Source: a virus (Duplodnaviria; Caudoviricetes). Taken from it: a stretch of 43,463 bases of DNA. The notes below the pieces were generated by a model that ran no database searches, was not told the DNA's origin, and saw only the letters and a list, made by a program, of their open reading frames with translations. Below are positions 17,323 to 36,404 of this stretch, piece after piece. Positions within the stretch are counted from its first letter, which is position 1, and every line of letters begins with the position of its first letter. The stretch lies in IMG/VR virus record IMGVR_UViG_3300031519_000051, positions 1 through 43,463 of that record; one strand, given 5' to 3'. The position numbers were made by a program, and so were the translations under genes.

Positions 17323-20861
<3,539 letters not shown>

Positions 20862-20862
<1 letters not shown>

Positions 20863-23800
20863 TGGCATATAATAACGATCAATCAGAACAGCCACTACCG
20901 GCAGGAGACGACGGTAGAAAACGCAAAAGTTCATCTCACTTACCTCGTTACTTTAGAACACAACCTAATAAAAAGTTCCTAAATAGTACGTTAGATCAAT
21001 TAATACAACCAGGCGTAGTTGAAAAACTAAATGCATATGTTGGCAGAGAAACTGCAAAAGCATATAAGTCTACAGACAATTATGTTTCAGATGTGTCAAC
21101 TGATAGAATTAATTACCAATTAGAACCTGCTAGTGTTATTAAAGACAATCTTGGCAATGTAAGTTTTTATAAAGATTATAATGACTATGTTAACCAGTTA
21201 AATATTTTTAACAAAGGCACAGCTGATCACAGTATTTTTAATCAGCAAGAATATTATGCATGGGATCCCCATGTAGATTGGGACAAGTTAACTAACTTCC
21301 GTGAATATTATTGGTTGCCTAATGGCCCACAAAGTTTTGGAGTTCCGGGTAATACTATAGATGTAGAAAGCACTTATACTGTACGTATCGGTGACAATGT
21401 CGATAACGAGACATATATCTTTAGTCCTGATGGATTAACAAATAACCCTACAATTACATTGTATCGAGGTATGACGTATAAGTTTGATATAGATACACCA
21501 AACTTACCCTTTACAATTAAAACAAAGAAAACTTTAGAAAGTGGATTTGATTTAGACAGTTCTAGTATACTAGTATTAGAAGGAGTTAGTGTGCAAGGTC
21601 TAGAAAAGGGCGTAAGCACATTACAGTTAGGAACAGATACACCTGACATACTTTATTACATGGCATCTAATGATCTGCAAGCAAGCGGAACTATTGTTGT
21701 AAAAGATATTACTGAAGCAACGTTTATTGATGTTGAAAAAGAAATATTAGGTAAGAAAACTTACAAAGCTAGTAACGGAGTAAATCTGTCAAACGGAATG
21801 AAAGTATATTTTACTGGGCAAGTACAACCTACAACATATGCTGAAGGTGCATTTTATATAGAAGGTGTTGGAGATAAAATACGTCTTATTCCGGAAGTAG
21901 ATTTAAATGTTCCAACAGAATTTACTGATGATATTGATATAGCATTTGATGCAAACGGGTTTGACAGGATGCCTTTTGGTAAAGCAATTGGTTATCCTAA
22001 AGAAAAAGATTACATTGTAATTAATAGATCTGCAACAGATGGTAATTTATGGTCAAGATATAACAGATGGTATCATAAATCAGTAATAGAAACTAGTGCT
22101 GCACAAAATAACGAGCCAGTTGAAATTGATCAATTACAACGTGCTAAACGTCCTATTATTGAATTTGAAGCAGATTTAAAATTACATAATTTTGGTACAA
22201 AGTCAAAACAAGACGTTGACTTAGTTGACGACTATACAACAGACGTGTTTAGTACTATTGAAGGTAGTGTAGGATATAACGTTGACGGCATTGATATTGT
22301 TAAAGGCATGCGTATATTATTTACAGCTGACCCTGATATACTTGTAAAAGGTAGAATCTTTGAAGTTGATATTATTAAGTTTGCTAATGGGGGATCAACT
22401 AATAGTCAAATTTCATTAAAAGAAGTTACTGACAGTATACCTCAAACAAATGAAGTAGTATTGTCATTAGGCGGAACGTCTTATAAAGGTAAAATGTTAT
22501 ATTATGCTAACAATAAATGGAATGTAACACAAGAAAAATCTAGTCGCAATCAGGCTCCGTTATTTGATATTTTTGACAGCCTTGGAAACAGTTATGCAGA
22601 TACAACTACATACGAAGCATCAACATTTTCTGGTACAAAGTTGTTTAGTTATAAACCTGGCACAGGTACTAATGACACCGAATTAGGAATTCCTATTAGT
22701 TATAGAAGTATTTCAAATGTTGGTGATATAGTATTTAATTATGATATTTCGCAAGATAGTATGACACATACTGTTGATAATGATATTATTACAAAAGGTA
22801 CTGATATAGGTTTTTTAAGAAAGTATTCTAGTTTAACTAGTTTTACTTCTGTAACTGGATGGAAAAAAGTACCAACTAAAAGCGAGCAAGTTGTTATTAG
22901 ACAATATACTTTTGATAATACAACAGCAGGATTTAAAATAGATGTATATGAACAAAGTGGATTATTAACAGATCTTTGGACAAGAGTATATCTTAATAAT
23001 AAATTACAATTTAAAGATGTTAACTATACTATTACTAATGATGTAAACAATAATGCAGTTATTAACTTTATTAAAACACCAACAATAAATGATGTTGTCA
23101 CAATTAGAACTAAATCGGCAACAATAAAAAATAAAAATGGGTATTATGAAATACCAGCATCATTAGAACGCAACCCAAAAAATGAAAGTTTAAAAACATT
23201 TACTTTAGGCGAAGTTAATGATCATGTTTCATCTATAGTAGAAAATTTAGATAATTTTAATGGTGTATTTCCAGGAGTAGGTAATTTAAGAGATATTAGT
23301 GACCTTTCAGTTTATGGTAGACGATTCTTACAACATAGTGCTCCAATGAATTTAACACTATATCATATTACTAATAAAGATTCAAATATTGTTAAAAGCC
23401 TTGATTATTCAAGACAAGAGTATAATAAATTTAAACGTTTGTTTATGCAAAACGCTGAAGAGTCAGAATTCCAAGGTAATACTAAACAGCATGTTGATTA
23501 TATTTTACAAACATTGAATTTAAATAAATCAAAAGATATGCCGTTTTATTTTACTGATATGGTTGCAATTGGTGCTTCTATAAAAACAGAACATATTATT
23601 TTAGATATTAAAGAAACATTTTTTCCGCTATCGGCAACATTTTCCTTAACAACTCCTAGTAAAAAAGCAGTGCATGTTTATAATAACGGAGTTCAGTTAG
23701 TACACGGTAGAGATTATACATTTAATACAGACGGCTTTGCTATTATAACATCAACAAAAGCACAAGACGATGTTATTGAAATATACGAATATGAAACTAC

Positions 23801-26800
23801 TAACGGTAGTTATATCCCAGCAACTCCGACTAAGTTAGGTTTATATCCGGCATATGTACCTGAGCTATATACTGACACTACTTACCGAGTGCCACAACAA
23901 GTAATACAAGGACATGACGGAAGTAGATTTATTGCTTATGGCGATTACAGAGACGATCTATTATTAGAATTAGAAAGAAGAATTTATAATAATATTAAAG
24001 TAAGCTACAATACTGAAATGTTAGATATTCATGATCTTGTTCCAAGCGAATATAGAAAAACTGGAGTTTTACATAGCGAAATTAATAAATCAATGCTAGG
24101 TGGATTTATACAATGGAGTAGACTTGTAGATCAAGATTACACATTGCATAACTTTTTTGAACGTACAGATAGATTTACATTTAATTATAATCAAGCTAGT
24201 ACACCAAATAATAATAGTCTTCCAGGATTTTGGAGACAGATTTATAAACAAGCATTTGATACAGATAGGCCACATTCTCATCCTTGGGAAATGTTAGGAT
24301 TAAGTGTAATGCCAAGTTGGTGGATTACACAATACGGACCTGCTCCTTACACTAAAGATAACTTATTAATGTGGACAGATATACAGGATGGGATATTAAG
24401 AGAACCAAATGTAAAATATAAAGTACTTAATAATTACAAACGCCCAGGATTTATTAATCATATTCCGGTAGATGAAAGTGGAAATCTTTTACCTCCGCTA
24501 GATGCAGGTTGGATAACAAATTATCAACCTGATACAATTAAAAGTAGTTTTGTATTTGGTGACGGTGCTCCAGTAGAAACAGCCTGGAGGAACAGTTCTG
24601 ATTATGCATTCTCGCTTATTAAAGCATTCATATTAAACAAACCAAGTGTAATATTTGCAACAGGATTTGATAGAATTAATCAAATTAGAAACACAGCAAA
24701 TGAAATAGTTTATAAACCAACTAATAAGCGTATTACTCTTTCTGATATTATTTTTCCAAGTATGATAACAGATACTACTCAAACATTTACAAGCGGACTT
24801 GTAAACTATGTTGCAGATTACTTAACTAGTGATGTATTAAAATTTTATAAAACTTATAAAAATGATATTAAAACAATTAATAATCAAATTGGATTCAAGT
24901 TAGCTGGATTTACTGACAAAGACAAATTTAAATTAATACTTGATAGTAGAACACCGACTAATGAAGGTAATGTTTTTATACCTGATGAAAACTATAAAAT
25001 ATTTTTAAATACTAGTTCGCCTGTTGTAAAAACAGATTATAGCGGTGTAATAATTGAACGTAGAACTGACGGGTATGTTATGAAAGGTTACAGTCAAGAT
25101 TCTGCAACTTTTAAATATTTTGTACCACTAAAAAAACAAAGCGATCCTAGTATTAATATTGGCGGAATAAGCGAATCTTATGTTGTATGGTCTCCAGAAA
25201 ATACATATATTATAGGACAAAATGTAGAGCATCAAGGAACTTTTTATCGCACAAAAACACAACATGTAAGTACTACTACATTTGTAGATGAAAATTTTGC
25301 TAAATTACCAAACTTACCATTAATAGGCGGCAGAGATGCATTTTTACGTAAGGAATACCAAACAACAACCGTAGGCGAAATTAATTACGGTCACTTGTTT
25401 ACAGAAATACAAGAAGTAATTGATTTCTTGTTAGGTTACGGTGAATATTTAAAATCACAAGGATTTGTTTTTGATTACTTTGAAGGTAATGAAAAGGTTG
25501 TTCTTGATTGGAGACATTCAGTAAGAGAATTTTTGTTTTGGACAACTCAAAAATGGGCTGAAAATTCAGTTATTACTCTTAGCCCAGCAAGTTCACAAGT
25601 CAAATTAACATCATCTTATTCAATGGTAGATAATATATTTGATGGATTTTACGGATATAGTTTATACAAAGCCGATGGTGCAAAATTAAGTGAAGACTTT
25701 GCTTCGTTAGGTAGAGAGCCTAACGAATTTGTTTTACGTCCTAAGAATACTGCTGACGGAATATATCACATTAGTTTACCATTAATACAAAAAGAACATG
25801 TTGTATTAATTGATAACAATACAGTATTTGGAGATGTAATATTTGATCAGCAACCGGGATACAGACAAGAAAGAATTAAAGTATTAGGTTACAGAACTAG
25901 TGAATGGGACGGTAGTTTAAATATACCAGGATTTATATATGATGATGCAGAAGTGCATGATTGGGAATCTTGGACAGACTATGACATTGGCGTAGTTATT
26001 AAAAATAAAGAATTTTATTACAGTGCTCCTAACAAAGTTCCAGGAACAGAAACATTTAATTCAAAAGATTGGAATATACTTTTAGAAAAACCTAAAGGCG
26101 GCTTGTATGCAAACTTCGAATATAAAACAAATCAGTTTGCTGATTTCTATGATCTAGATAGTGATAATTTTGATGTTGAGCAACAGCGATTAGCACAGCA
26201 TTTAATAGGTTATCAAAAACGTCAATATTTAGAAAATATTGTTAATGATGATGTAAGTCAATATAAGTTTTATCAAGGATTTATTCAAGACAAAGGAACT
26301 AAAAATGCATTAACTAAACTTTTTGATGCACTAGCAAGTGATGATAAAGATAGTTTAGATTTTTATGAAGAGTGGGCAGTAAAAGACGGTCAGTATGGAG
26401 CCAGCGAAGGGTTTGATGATGTAATCTTTAGACTTGATGAATCAAAATTTAGATTAACGCCACAACCGATTGAATTAGTAACTTCAACTACTGGAGAAGA
26501 AACTGACTTAATTTATAGAATTAAACCTTACGAAGTTTATCAGAAGTCTAAAAATTATGATCATTCGCCCTTTCCTGAAAAGTATGTCTTTGATAGTTAT
26601 ACACGAAATGCAGGATATGTTAATCAGCAAGATGTTAGAGGCATTGTAACAAACTATAATAATATTATTGATTTTAATTTTAGTGATGTTGGTGAAGGAA
26701 GTTACATATGGGTTGGTAATGAACAAAGAGATTGGAATGTTTATAAACATATTGATACTCCACACGTAATTGAAAATATTTCTAAGTCAACAACATCTGC

Positions 26801-29800
26801 AACAGGTACAGAGTTAGTTGAAGTTAGACTACGATCAAATCCAACTGATATTACAGCAGATCAAATAATTGGAATAAGTCAAGTTTATCATCCTGATAGT
26901 TCAAAAGAAACATTTGAAGGATTTTTTGTTGTAGATTCTGTTGTTAACAATATTATAACAATACAAGTTACAACTAAGCTAACACAAGAGATTGTAGACA
27001 TTGTTGGAAATGTTACAACTTTTACATCAGTAAGAGCAGCAAATGTTGTCGAAGCAAACAGCATTGCACAAAAAGATTTACAAAAAGATGATTTACTATG
27101 GGTTGATAGTGTTACAGCAAATAATGAATGGGCAGTTTACAAAAATACTAATCACTTTGCTGAACAACATAGGGTTTATAATCCTCAATCAGGTAGTGAC
27201 CATTTATATGGAACTGAGTTAGCAGTTGATGATAGAAATACAACATTAATTATTGGGTCACCTGATAATGCTGATGGTAAAGTTTTTGTATATCATCGTC
27301 CATCAAATAGACTTACATATACATTAACACAAATTCTTGAGCCAACAAAATATGGAAACGATTTAGAACGATTTGGTAAAGCAGTAGCAATAAGTCCAGA
27401 TGCAAAATATCTTGTAATTGGATCTCCTAATGCATCAAATATTAAAACAAAATATCAAGGTTCGTTTATAAACACTAATGATTATTCTAAAGGAAGTATT
27501 GTTTTAAAAGACGACCAGTTATGGAAATCGTTGGTAGATATTGAAGGTCAAGAAGGCAACATACAGTTTAATAGTTTTTCAAGTACAACAGAAACAATAT
27601 CATCTTTAGGATTAGAAAATAATAATACTGACGCAGTTAAAGTACTATTGGTAGGAAACTATGCAATTGATCCGGCAACTAGTGCGTTAGCATTTCCAAA
27701 TATAGCTGTAAATCACATGTTAGTTAGAGCTCCTAAAGACTTGTACGAAGGAAGCGGTATTAATGATCAAATATTGCTTAATTGGAATAGCATAACTTAT
27801 ACTAATCAAGACTTAGCACCTCTTACTGTAAGAGCGCCTTTTGCTGGTGAACATGCTGTAATTACTGATACATTTTTAAGTCAAGAACATACAATACAAC
27901 ATAAAGTTGATACTATATTATTTGTTGATACTGCATCAAATGCTGTTATAGACGGTAATATATTACAAACAGCTAATGCATCAGGAACAGTTAGTTATGT
28001 GTATGCAACAGGCGGCGACTTATTAATATACTTAAAAAATGTTAACGGAACATTTAATCAAGAAGATAGTTTGTTTAGAGATGACGGCGATTTTATTGGA
28101 CAGTATGTTAAACAAGGACCAATAGATACAATTGATACTTCTGCAGTCTGGGGCGGCTATTGGTGGATTGATACACCGAGCTATACTCCGTCAACAACTA
28201 CAAGTAATACAGACAAAGCTACTGGATTAGTATACTACGATGTAGTTACAGATAGCACTCCTACAGGAAGATACTATTATAATAGTTTAGATTATGCAAC
28301 TACTGACGTTAGTAGTTTAAATGTTATAAATTCTGAAATGCGTACTTTAACTTATAGAGGAACGCCGGGCGCAGGTGGTTCAAATAGTACAATACCAAGT
28401 GATTTGTATATAATGAGAGCTCCAAAAGCATTAACTGATGTATTGTCTCCGGGTAATAATGTAAGCATGTTTGTTAACCAGTTACCGCAGTATACAACAG
28501 GAAACTTTAAAGATTTAACAACAATTGGACTATCAACAACAGTTACAAATACTACAAAACCAATTTACGACATATGGGACGGATACATTAATCTAAACTT
28601 TACTAAATTTGATGTTGACGGTAATCCATTTGAACCTCGTATTGGAGATACAGTAGTTGATACTAATACTGGTGCAACAGCAGAAGTAATATTTTATCAA
28701 AGGAACTCGTTGGCAGTTACAGTATTTGTAAAAAATATTACAGGTAATTGGTCGGTAGGAGATGACTACGGTCAAAATGCTGAAATTAAATTTATTGGCA
28801 CACCTGCAGATCCGCTTGTTTCATATCAAGTTGATCGTATTATGGGAGAGATACAATCTGTGTCTCTTGGATATGCAACTTCGGGCATTGGTAAACTATT
28901 AGTATTCCAAGCGCCAAGTAACATTAATTTAAATTCTGAAGACACATTAATTGATATAGAATATTGGTTCTATATTCAAGGCAACGTTCAAGGTATTCCT
29001 CGTCCTGCAAATGCACCTTCTTCGATTAACAACGAATGGCAACAAGTATTTAAAATACCTGCAGAATCTACAGGAACCGCAAGTGGACTTACTAACGAAG
29101 GTGTTTACACAGTTTATCAGCAAGCAGCATCTGGAAGATACGATCCTATAGACACATATACAGTTCCTGAAAAACAAGGAAACTTTAAATTAGGTTCTAG
29201 TATAAAAATTACAAAGCATAATGATTTATACAGAACTATGATACATGCGGAAGGTGAGCAAACACAAAGTCTTCCAGGGCGTATATATTTCTTAAAAACT
29301 GGTATTGAAAACAACTTAACTTATACTTGGGAATATGCAAAAAACAAAAAGTTTAAAGGAACATTTAGTGACAGTATAAATTATTTTACTGGTGATATAG
29401 TATATAGAGAAAATCCAGCTGTATCAGGAACTGGTGTATTATATATTGCAAAAACAAATATTGCATCAGGCACATTTACCACAACTGATTGGACAAGTAC
29501 TGACGACTTAGTTGACTATATAGGATATATTCCTAATACAACTGGCACTAGTGTTGTTAATGATAGTACAGATGGAAGCACAGTATTAGATTCTACTTTA
29601 CTTTCAGCATTTGGACAAGAATTTGACACAAGTAAAAACGGCGATGTAATAGTTGCTTCAGCAACCTATGATAATTCTAAACCAAATCAAATAGTTGTTT
29701 ATAGACTTGATAATGGATTCTTTTATAGAGGACAAGAAATACAGGCACCGGATAAAACTAGTGCGTTTGGACATGCACTAGCAGTATCGGATGACGGCAT

Positions 29801-32800
29801 GTATATTGCAGTAAGTGCTCCTTATAATGATGATTATAAATTATATCAAGGTAAAGTTTATATCTATCATCAAGTAAATGGCGTGTTTACATTATTGCAA
29901 GAATTACAGAGTCCTAATAACGAACGTGCAGAACGATTTGGTTGGAGACTCCAATACGATGGCGAAAAATTACATGTCACTTCACGTAATGCAGATGCAA
30001 CAGATCATACTACATTTGACACTAAGAACACAGTATTTGATAATTCGTTTACAAAAATCATCGAAACACGACATGACACCGGAGTTGTTTTTGTATATGA
30101 AAAAACACCTAACGGAATGTTGTATGCACAATCAATACAAATTACAGATCAAGATATAAATGCATTTGGTAGAAATATTTTAGCAAAAAATAATCATTTT
30201 TATGTTGGGTTACCTAGTAAAGTTGTAAGTGCTAAAGAAGGTGCAATAGTAGACTTTGTAATTGACGATAGTGCTAAAATGTGGACAACACATAGATCAT
30301 CAAATATAACTGTTGATGTTAATAAAATTAAAAAGATATTCTTATATAATATTGTAGAAGGCGAGTTACTAACTTATCTAGATTATATTGATCCTATTCA
30401 AGGAAAAGTTGCAGGCCCTGCAGAACAAGAATTAACATATAAAACATATAACGACCCGGCAACATATAGCGTTTCAACTAACACTAGTGCAATATTAGAT
30501 GCAACTAGTTCTTGGGGACCTGAACAAGTTGGCGAAGTTTGGTGGAATTTAAATAATGCTAAGTTTTATAACCCTTATCAAGGATCAATAGAATATGCCA
30601 CACAAAATTGGAATTCAGTATTTGAAGGAAATTCTATTAATGTATATGAATGGGTAGAATCAGATGTAGTGCCAAGTGCATGGGACCTACAAGCCGATAC
30701 TGAAAAAGGATTTGCAAAAGGATATAGCGGAACAAGTATATACCAAGATACGGCATATGCAACTAGACGTATTTACAACGATGTTTCTAAAACGTTTAAA
30801 ACAATGTACTATTTTTGGGTACAGAATAAAACTATTGTACCTGATGCTGAATTTAGATCTATTAGTATTCAAGACATTGTAGCGTATATTACAGATCCTG
30901 CAGGAAAAGGACATAAATTTATTGCACTAATTGGTCCAAGCAAGTTTGTATTATATAACTGTCAGTCATTGATTAGAGGAACTGATGTAGGATTAAATGT
31001 ACAATTTTGGACTATTGATAATCAAGATCAAAATATACATAATCAATACCAAATTATTAGTGAAGGACTTGAAACAAGTCAACCAAATACTGATGTAGTT
31101 AAAAAATGGTATGACAGTTTAATTGGTTATGACGCCCAAGGAAGAGTAGTTCCAGATCCAACACTGAGTGAAAAAGAAAAATACGGAGCACTTTATAGAC
31201 CTAGACAAGGATGGTTTAAAAATAAAAGTGAAGCTCTAAAACAGTTTATAGAACGTACAAATACTGTATTAAAAGAAAATATTATTGTTGGTGATAAAGA
31301 TATTAGCGATTTAAGTTTGTCAGAACCTGCAATATCTTTAACTAGCGGGATGTATGATGTTGCAATTGATACGTATGCAGATATTTCTACTGTAGGAACC
31401 TCAGATGTTAAAACAGCAACACTAGCATTAACTATAGTAAACGGAAAAATTACTCAAGTTACTGTTACTGACGCAGGTAAAGGATATCGTGTTGTTCCAA
31501 ATATTACAATTAACGGCGCAGGCTTAGGTGCTATATTAACACCAACGATAGACGGCCAAGGCAGAGTTTCTAATGTTGTAATAACTAATCCAGGTAATAA
31601 TTATAATGCTAGTACTACAGCAACAGTTCGCAACTTTAGTGTATTTGTTAAAGCAGACGAAACATTAACAGGTAAATGGGCATTATATGAGAGAATTATA
31701 TCAGCTAGTTCTTGGAACAGAACACGTAGTCAATCCTATAATGTTTCACTTTATTGGAATTATGTTGATTGGTATGCAACTGATTATAATGAATCAACAG
31801 AAATAGACTACTTAATTGACTATAGTTATCAGTTAACTAGTTTAAATAATCCTCTTGGAAGTATAGTTAAAATTGCTAACATTGGTACAGGCGGATGGCT
31901 ACTATTAGAAAAAACATCGTTAATTGATACTGAAGATTATACACAAAATTATAAAACAATTGGTAGACAAAATGGAACACTTGCATTTAAAGATACATTA
32001 TATAATGCTGTAGCAGCAAATACTGGATTTGATACTATAAGTTTTGATACAAAAATTTATGATAGCGAACCAACAACTGAGCTACGCATTATCTTAGAAG
32101 CAATCCGAGATGATATTTTAATTGACGAATTACTAGTTGAATTTAATAAACTGTTCTTTGCAGGATTACGATATGTGTTTTCTGAACAAACATATGTTGA
32201 TTGGGCATTTAAAACTAGCTTTATTAAAGCCAAACATAATGTTGGACAACTACGTGAAGATATTACGTTTAATAATGATAATTTACCAAGTTACGAAGCA
32301 TATGTAAAAGAAGTTAAACCATTCTCTACAAAAATTAGAGAATATTTAAGTGCGTATGAAAGATTAGAAGCTACACAAACAGTTACAACTGACTTTGATT
32401 TACCTGCATCTTATAGTGCTATAGAAGGTAAGATTATACCAAATAATGTAAAAGTTATTAATAGCGTATTAATTGGCACAGATGCAGACTTAGAAACTTA
32501 TCCTAATAAAAATTGGTTAGATAATAGTAGCTATAGTATAACAAGCGTTATGCCAGTTGACCAAGGTAGTGGTTATACTAATCCACCGTCCTTAACAGTT
32601 ACAGGTGGCGGCGGCTCTGGTGTTACTTTAAAATCATATTTAGGATCAAACGGTAATGTTACTAAAGTTGATATCATAACACCCGGAACAGGATTTTATT
32701 CAGCTCCGGTAATAGCAGTTAATGGCAACTTAGTTGAAGGCGGCAGACATGCTACGTTTAGTGTTAAGTTAGGAAACAATCCTGTAAGAGGAATTACTAC

Positions 32801-35759
32801 TACAGTTAGATTTGATAGAACAACAGGCACATACGTATATGTTAAAACAGCCCAAACAGAAACATTTACTGCATCGGGTTCACAGTTTGCGTTTAATTTA
32901 AATTGGCCAATTGATTTAAAGATTACTGATGTCACAGTTACGAAAAATAACTTAGAAATGTTAAGTAATGAATATACATATACTAATAAATTAGATGCTA
33001 CTGCTAGTTACGAAAGATACTACGGTCAAATTGAATTTATTACAAAACCATTAAAAGATGATATTATTATTGTTAATTATAACTTATCACCTGACTTATA
33101 TCAAGCACAAGATCGAATTGCAAAATTATATACTCCACAAGAAGGCCAACTAGGTAAAGAATTAAGTCAACTTATGACTGGTATTGATTATGGCGGAGTT
33201 GAAGTTAAGAGCTTTGGATTTGCTCAAGGACAGGGTTGGGATTCAGATGCATGGTTTGGTTCAACTTGGGATAGTTACGATAATACATTTAATGATGAAA
33301 TATTTAAATTAGGCGATAGTACTACATTGTTTAATTTTAGTGCGCCTTTGGTAACTGGTGTAGAATATCATGTTTATAAAAATGGTGTTAGGATTGATGA
33401 TCCAAACTTTGGTACAGGAAATCCTGTAACAAACGTAAATGCCGTTATGCAAAGTATTACTGGTGCAGGACAAACAGCTTGGTCTAGAACAGATGATGAT
33501 TATGATGTTTCAAACTATGTAGCATTTAATGAAGAAGTTGTTGCATTTGGAAATACTGATGTTGTAATATTTAGAAAATCAACAAGTGACGGAACATTCC
33601 TACCAAATGAGCAGACATACGATAGTATTATACAAGGTGGTAACTTAAACTATTCAACAGCAACTGGTTTAGAAAGTGCTGATATTACAATAGATGGCGA
33701 CGGATTTGTAACACCTACTACAAGTGCAGGTCCTGAAGAACAAGTTCCAGGACAATTACTTGATACTGTAGATATTAAAGTGTTTGAACGTCCGTCAGGC
33801 GGCGGTAGTCCTATAACTTCAGCTGTATATACCGGCGACGGTGCAACTACTGAATATGCAATTGAAACATCTCCGATTACAGAAGAATCATTATTTGTTA
33901 AAATTAATAATGCAATACAAACAGCATATACAATAGACTACACAACAAATAAAATTACGTTTACAACAGCACCAGCAATAGGTGATACTATAAACTTAGT
34001 TACACTAGGTGTAAGTGGATCAAAGGTAATTGATATTGATACTATTACAACTGACGGTAGTACTGTGTCGTTCTTAACTAATGTACGTTATGCAGCAAAT
34101 CTACAATATATTATTACACTAAACGGTAAAAACATTGATAATGTTATTAGTAAAAGTAAAGCATCGGATGGAATATCTGGTAATGCATTAATTAAATTTG
34201 CTACTCCGCCTGCAGCAGGACAAGAAATACGCTATGCGTTCTTTGAAGGTGCAGTTGATGTTAAAAATTACAGTCAAGTTAATATAGAAACAATAGTTGC
34301 AGACGGTAGTACTACAGCATACAGTTTAACAAATACTCCTGGCGCTCAAGAACCTGCAAGTTTTAAAACTATTGTAAAAGTAGGTAACAGTGTATTAGAA
34401 GCAGGATACTCAAAACGTTATATTACTACAATAACTAAATTAGAATACGCTATTGAAGACTTCCAATTTCCACCAGGCACACTTACTAGACGACAACTAA
34501 AAGTTTATTTAAATGGTATTGAATTAACTGATACTCAATGGTCATTAGTTGTTGGAAACACATCAGTAATAAGATTAAAAACTGACGTACAACAACAAAA
34601 CGATGATATTCTTGATATATTTGTAGTAACAGATGGTGAATATAGATTTGGTTATATAGATAGTGCATCTGGATTATGGGTATCAACACCTAGTATGATT
34701 TATCTTGATACAGTGTACCCTGAAAATACTCAAATTACAGTTTATCAATTTACTAATCATAATTCACAAGATATACAGAGAATAGAATATGATGTAGTTG
34801 ATAGAATTACGTTAACACCGGGTACAGCTGATTATCAAAAGTACTTGCATTTACAAGCTGGATTAATTGCCCTTAACAAGGAAGCAGTAGATGCCCAGTA
34901 TGTTTGGGTAACTGTTAATAACGAATTATTAATACCAAGTGTACATTACTTTGTTACTGATAATCGTTTGTATGTTAAAATTACAAAACAAATTAATCAA
35001 AATGATACAATACAAGTAATACATTTTGCAGCTCCGACTACACAAAATAAACTAGGCTGGTCGCAATTTAAAGATATGCTTAATAAAACACATTATAAGA
35101 GATTGTCAGATAAAGAAAATGTAACTTTAGCTTTAGATTTATATCAATATGATCAAAGTATTTCAGTTATTAATGGCGAAAATTTACCTGCACCAGTTCC
35201 GGGCTCACGTTCACCAGCAGTACTGTTTATTGAAAGTGAGCGTATAGAATATTTTGTACGTAATGGTAACGTAATTAGTCAGTTTAGACGCGGTACATTA
35301 GGTACTGGAGTTAAAGATGTATATCCCGCAGATACTAGGGTATTAAACTCAGGTGCTGAAAACACAATGCCATACAAAGATGAAACTTTTACAACAGTAT
35401 TCACAGCAGACGGTACAGCAGCAACATATACTTTAGACTTTACGCCAGGTAATATTAACGAATTTGAAGTTTTTGTAGCAGGTACACGTTTACGTAAAAA
35501 TGCTATACAAAGTTATAAGTTTGATAACGTTAACGGCCCTATTGCACAAGATAGTCCCGAAGGTGACGAAACATTACCAGCAGAATTTAGTATAAATGGT
35601 ACTGAATTACAACTACTAAACATTCCAACACAAAATACAAAGGTAATTGTTGTTAGGAAACAAGGAAAAATATGGAAAGATACAGGAGTTGCACTAGCAA
35701 ACAGTGATTCTGATATTGCTAAATTCTTACGTGACGCAACAGTTGACTTGCCGCGATAA
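20862..35759 (+). CDS. Giant virion structural protein (gp7-like baseplate wedge position) with FG-GAP propeller and repeated beta modules
   Basis: 4965-aa uninterrupted ORF coupled to gp6 (TAATG). N-terminal HLPRYF; FIQDKGT..AL..LF (gp7-like); FG-GAP blades; DAGKGY/DQGSGY repeats; several GDG.TT.Y/F modules. Confidence 0.7.
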
Positions 35760-35762
35760 ATA
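35757..35762 (+). promoter_or_regulatory. Late promoter TAAATA
   Basis: Overlaps the stop codon of the giant gene, upstream of 35785. Confidence 0.5.
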
Positions 35763-35784
35763 CAACAGCAGGATGGTATAAACT

Positions 35785-36399
35785 ATGACAGATAAAATAA
35801 ACGAAAACAGCGGTGTTCTATTACAAGGACACATTAAAATACATAATCCAGAAACTGGAGAAGTTATTGTAGACAAACGCAATGCTATTCATTATGAAAA
35901 TATGAGTATTAGCCTTGCAGAAAGTTTAGGTAATGCCGGTACTGGTTGGATTTACGAAATGGGATTTGGAAACGGCGGAACAAGCGTTGACCCTACAGGT
36001 ATTATTACATACTTGACACCAAATTCAACTGGCACAAATGCAAGTTTGTACAACGAAACATTTACAAAAATAGTAGATGATAGAAGTGTTAACAATTTAG
36101 ATCCTGCACGTAATAAAATTGAAACACGTCACGTAAGTGGAACAAATTATACTGATATTTTGGTAACATGTTTGTTAGACTACGGCGAGCCAAGTGGACA
36201 AGATGCTTTTGACACAGCAAGTGACACAAACAGTTTATACGTTTTTGATGAATTAGGTCTTAAGGCTTATAATTCAGCAGGCACAGGAAGATTATTAACA
36301 CATGTTATTTTTCATCCTGTACAGAAGAGTCTTAATAGACTTATACAGATTGATTATACAGTTAGAGTACAAAGTTTAACTGGATTTAACGAAGGGTAA
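35785..36399 (+). CDS. Virion structural protein (baseplate or fibre attachment)
   Basis: GHIKI......VIVDKRNAI, MGFGNGG, FDELGL, HVIFHPVQKS...IDYT pattern; lies between the wedge and fibre genes. Confidence 0.55.
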   Translation: MTDKINENSGVLLQGHIKIHNPETGEVIVDKRNAIHYENMSISLAESLGNAGTGWIYEMGFGNGGTSVDPTGIITYLTPNSTGTNASLYNETFTKIVDDRSVNNLDPARNKIETRHVSGTNYTDILVTCLLDYGEPSGQDAFDTASDTNSLYVFDELGLKAYNSAGTGRLLTHVIFHPVQKSLNRLIQIDYTVRVQSLTGFNEG

Positions 36400-36404
36400 T
36401 TTAG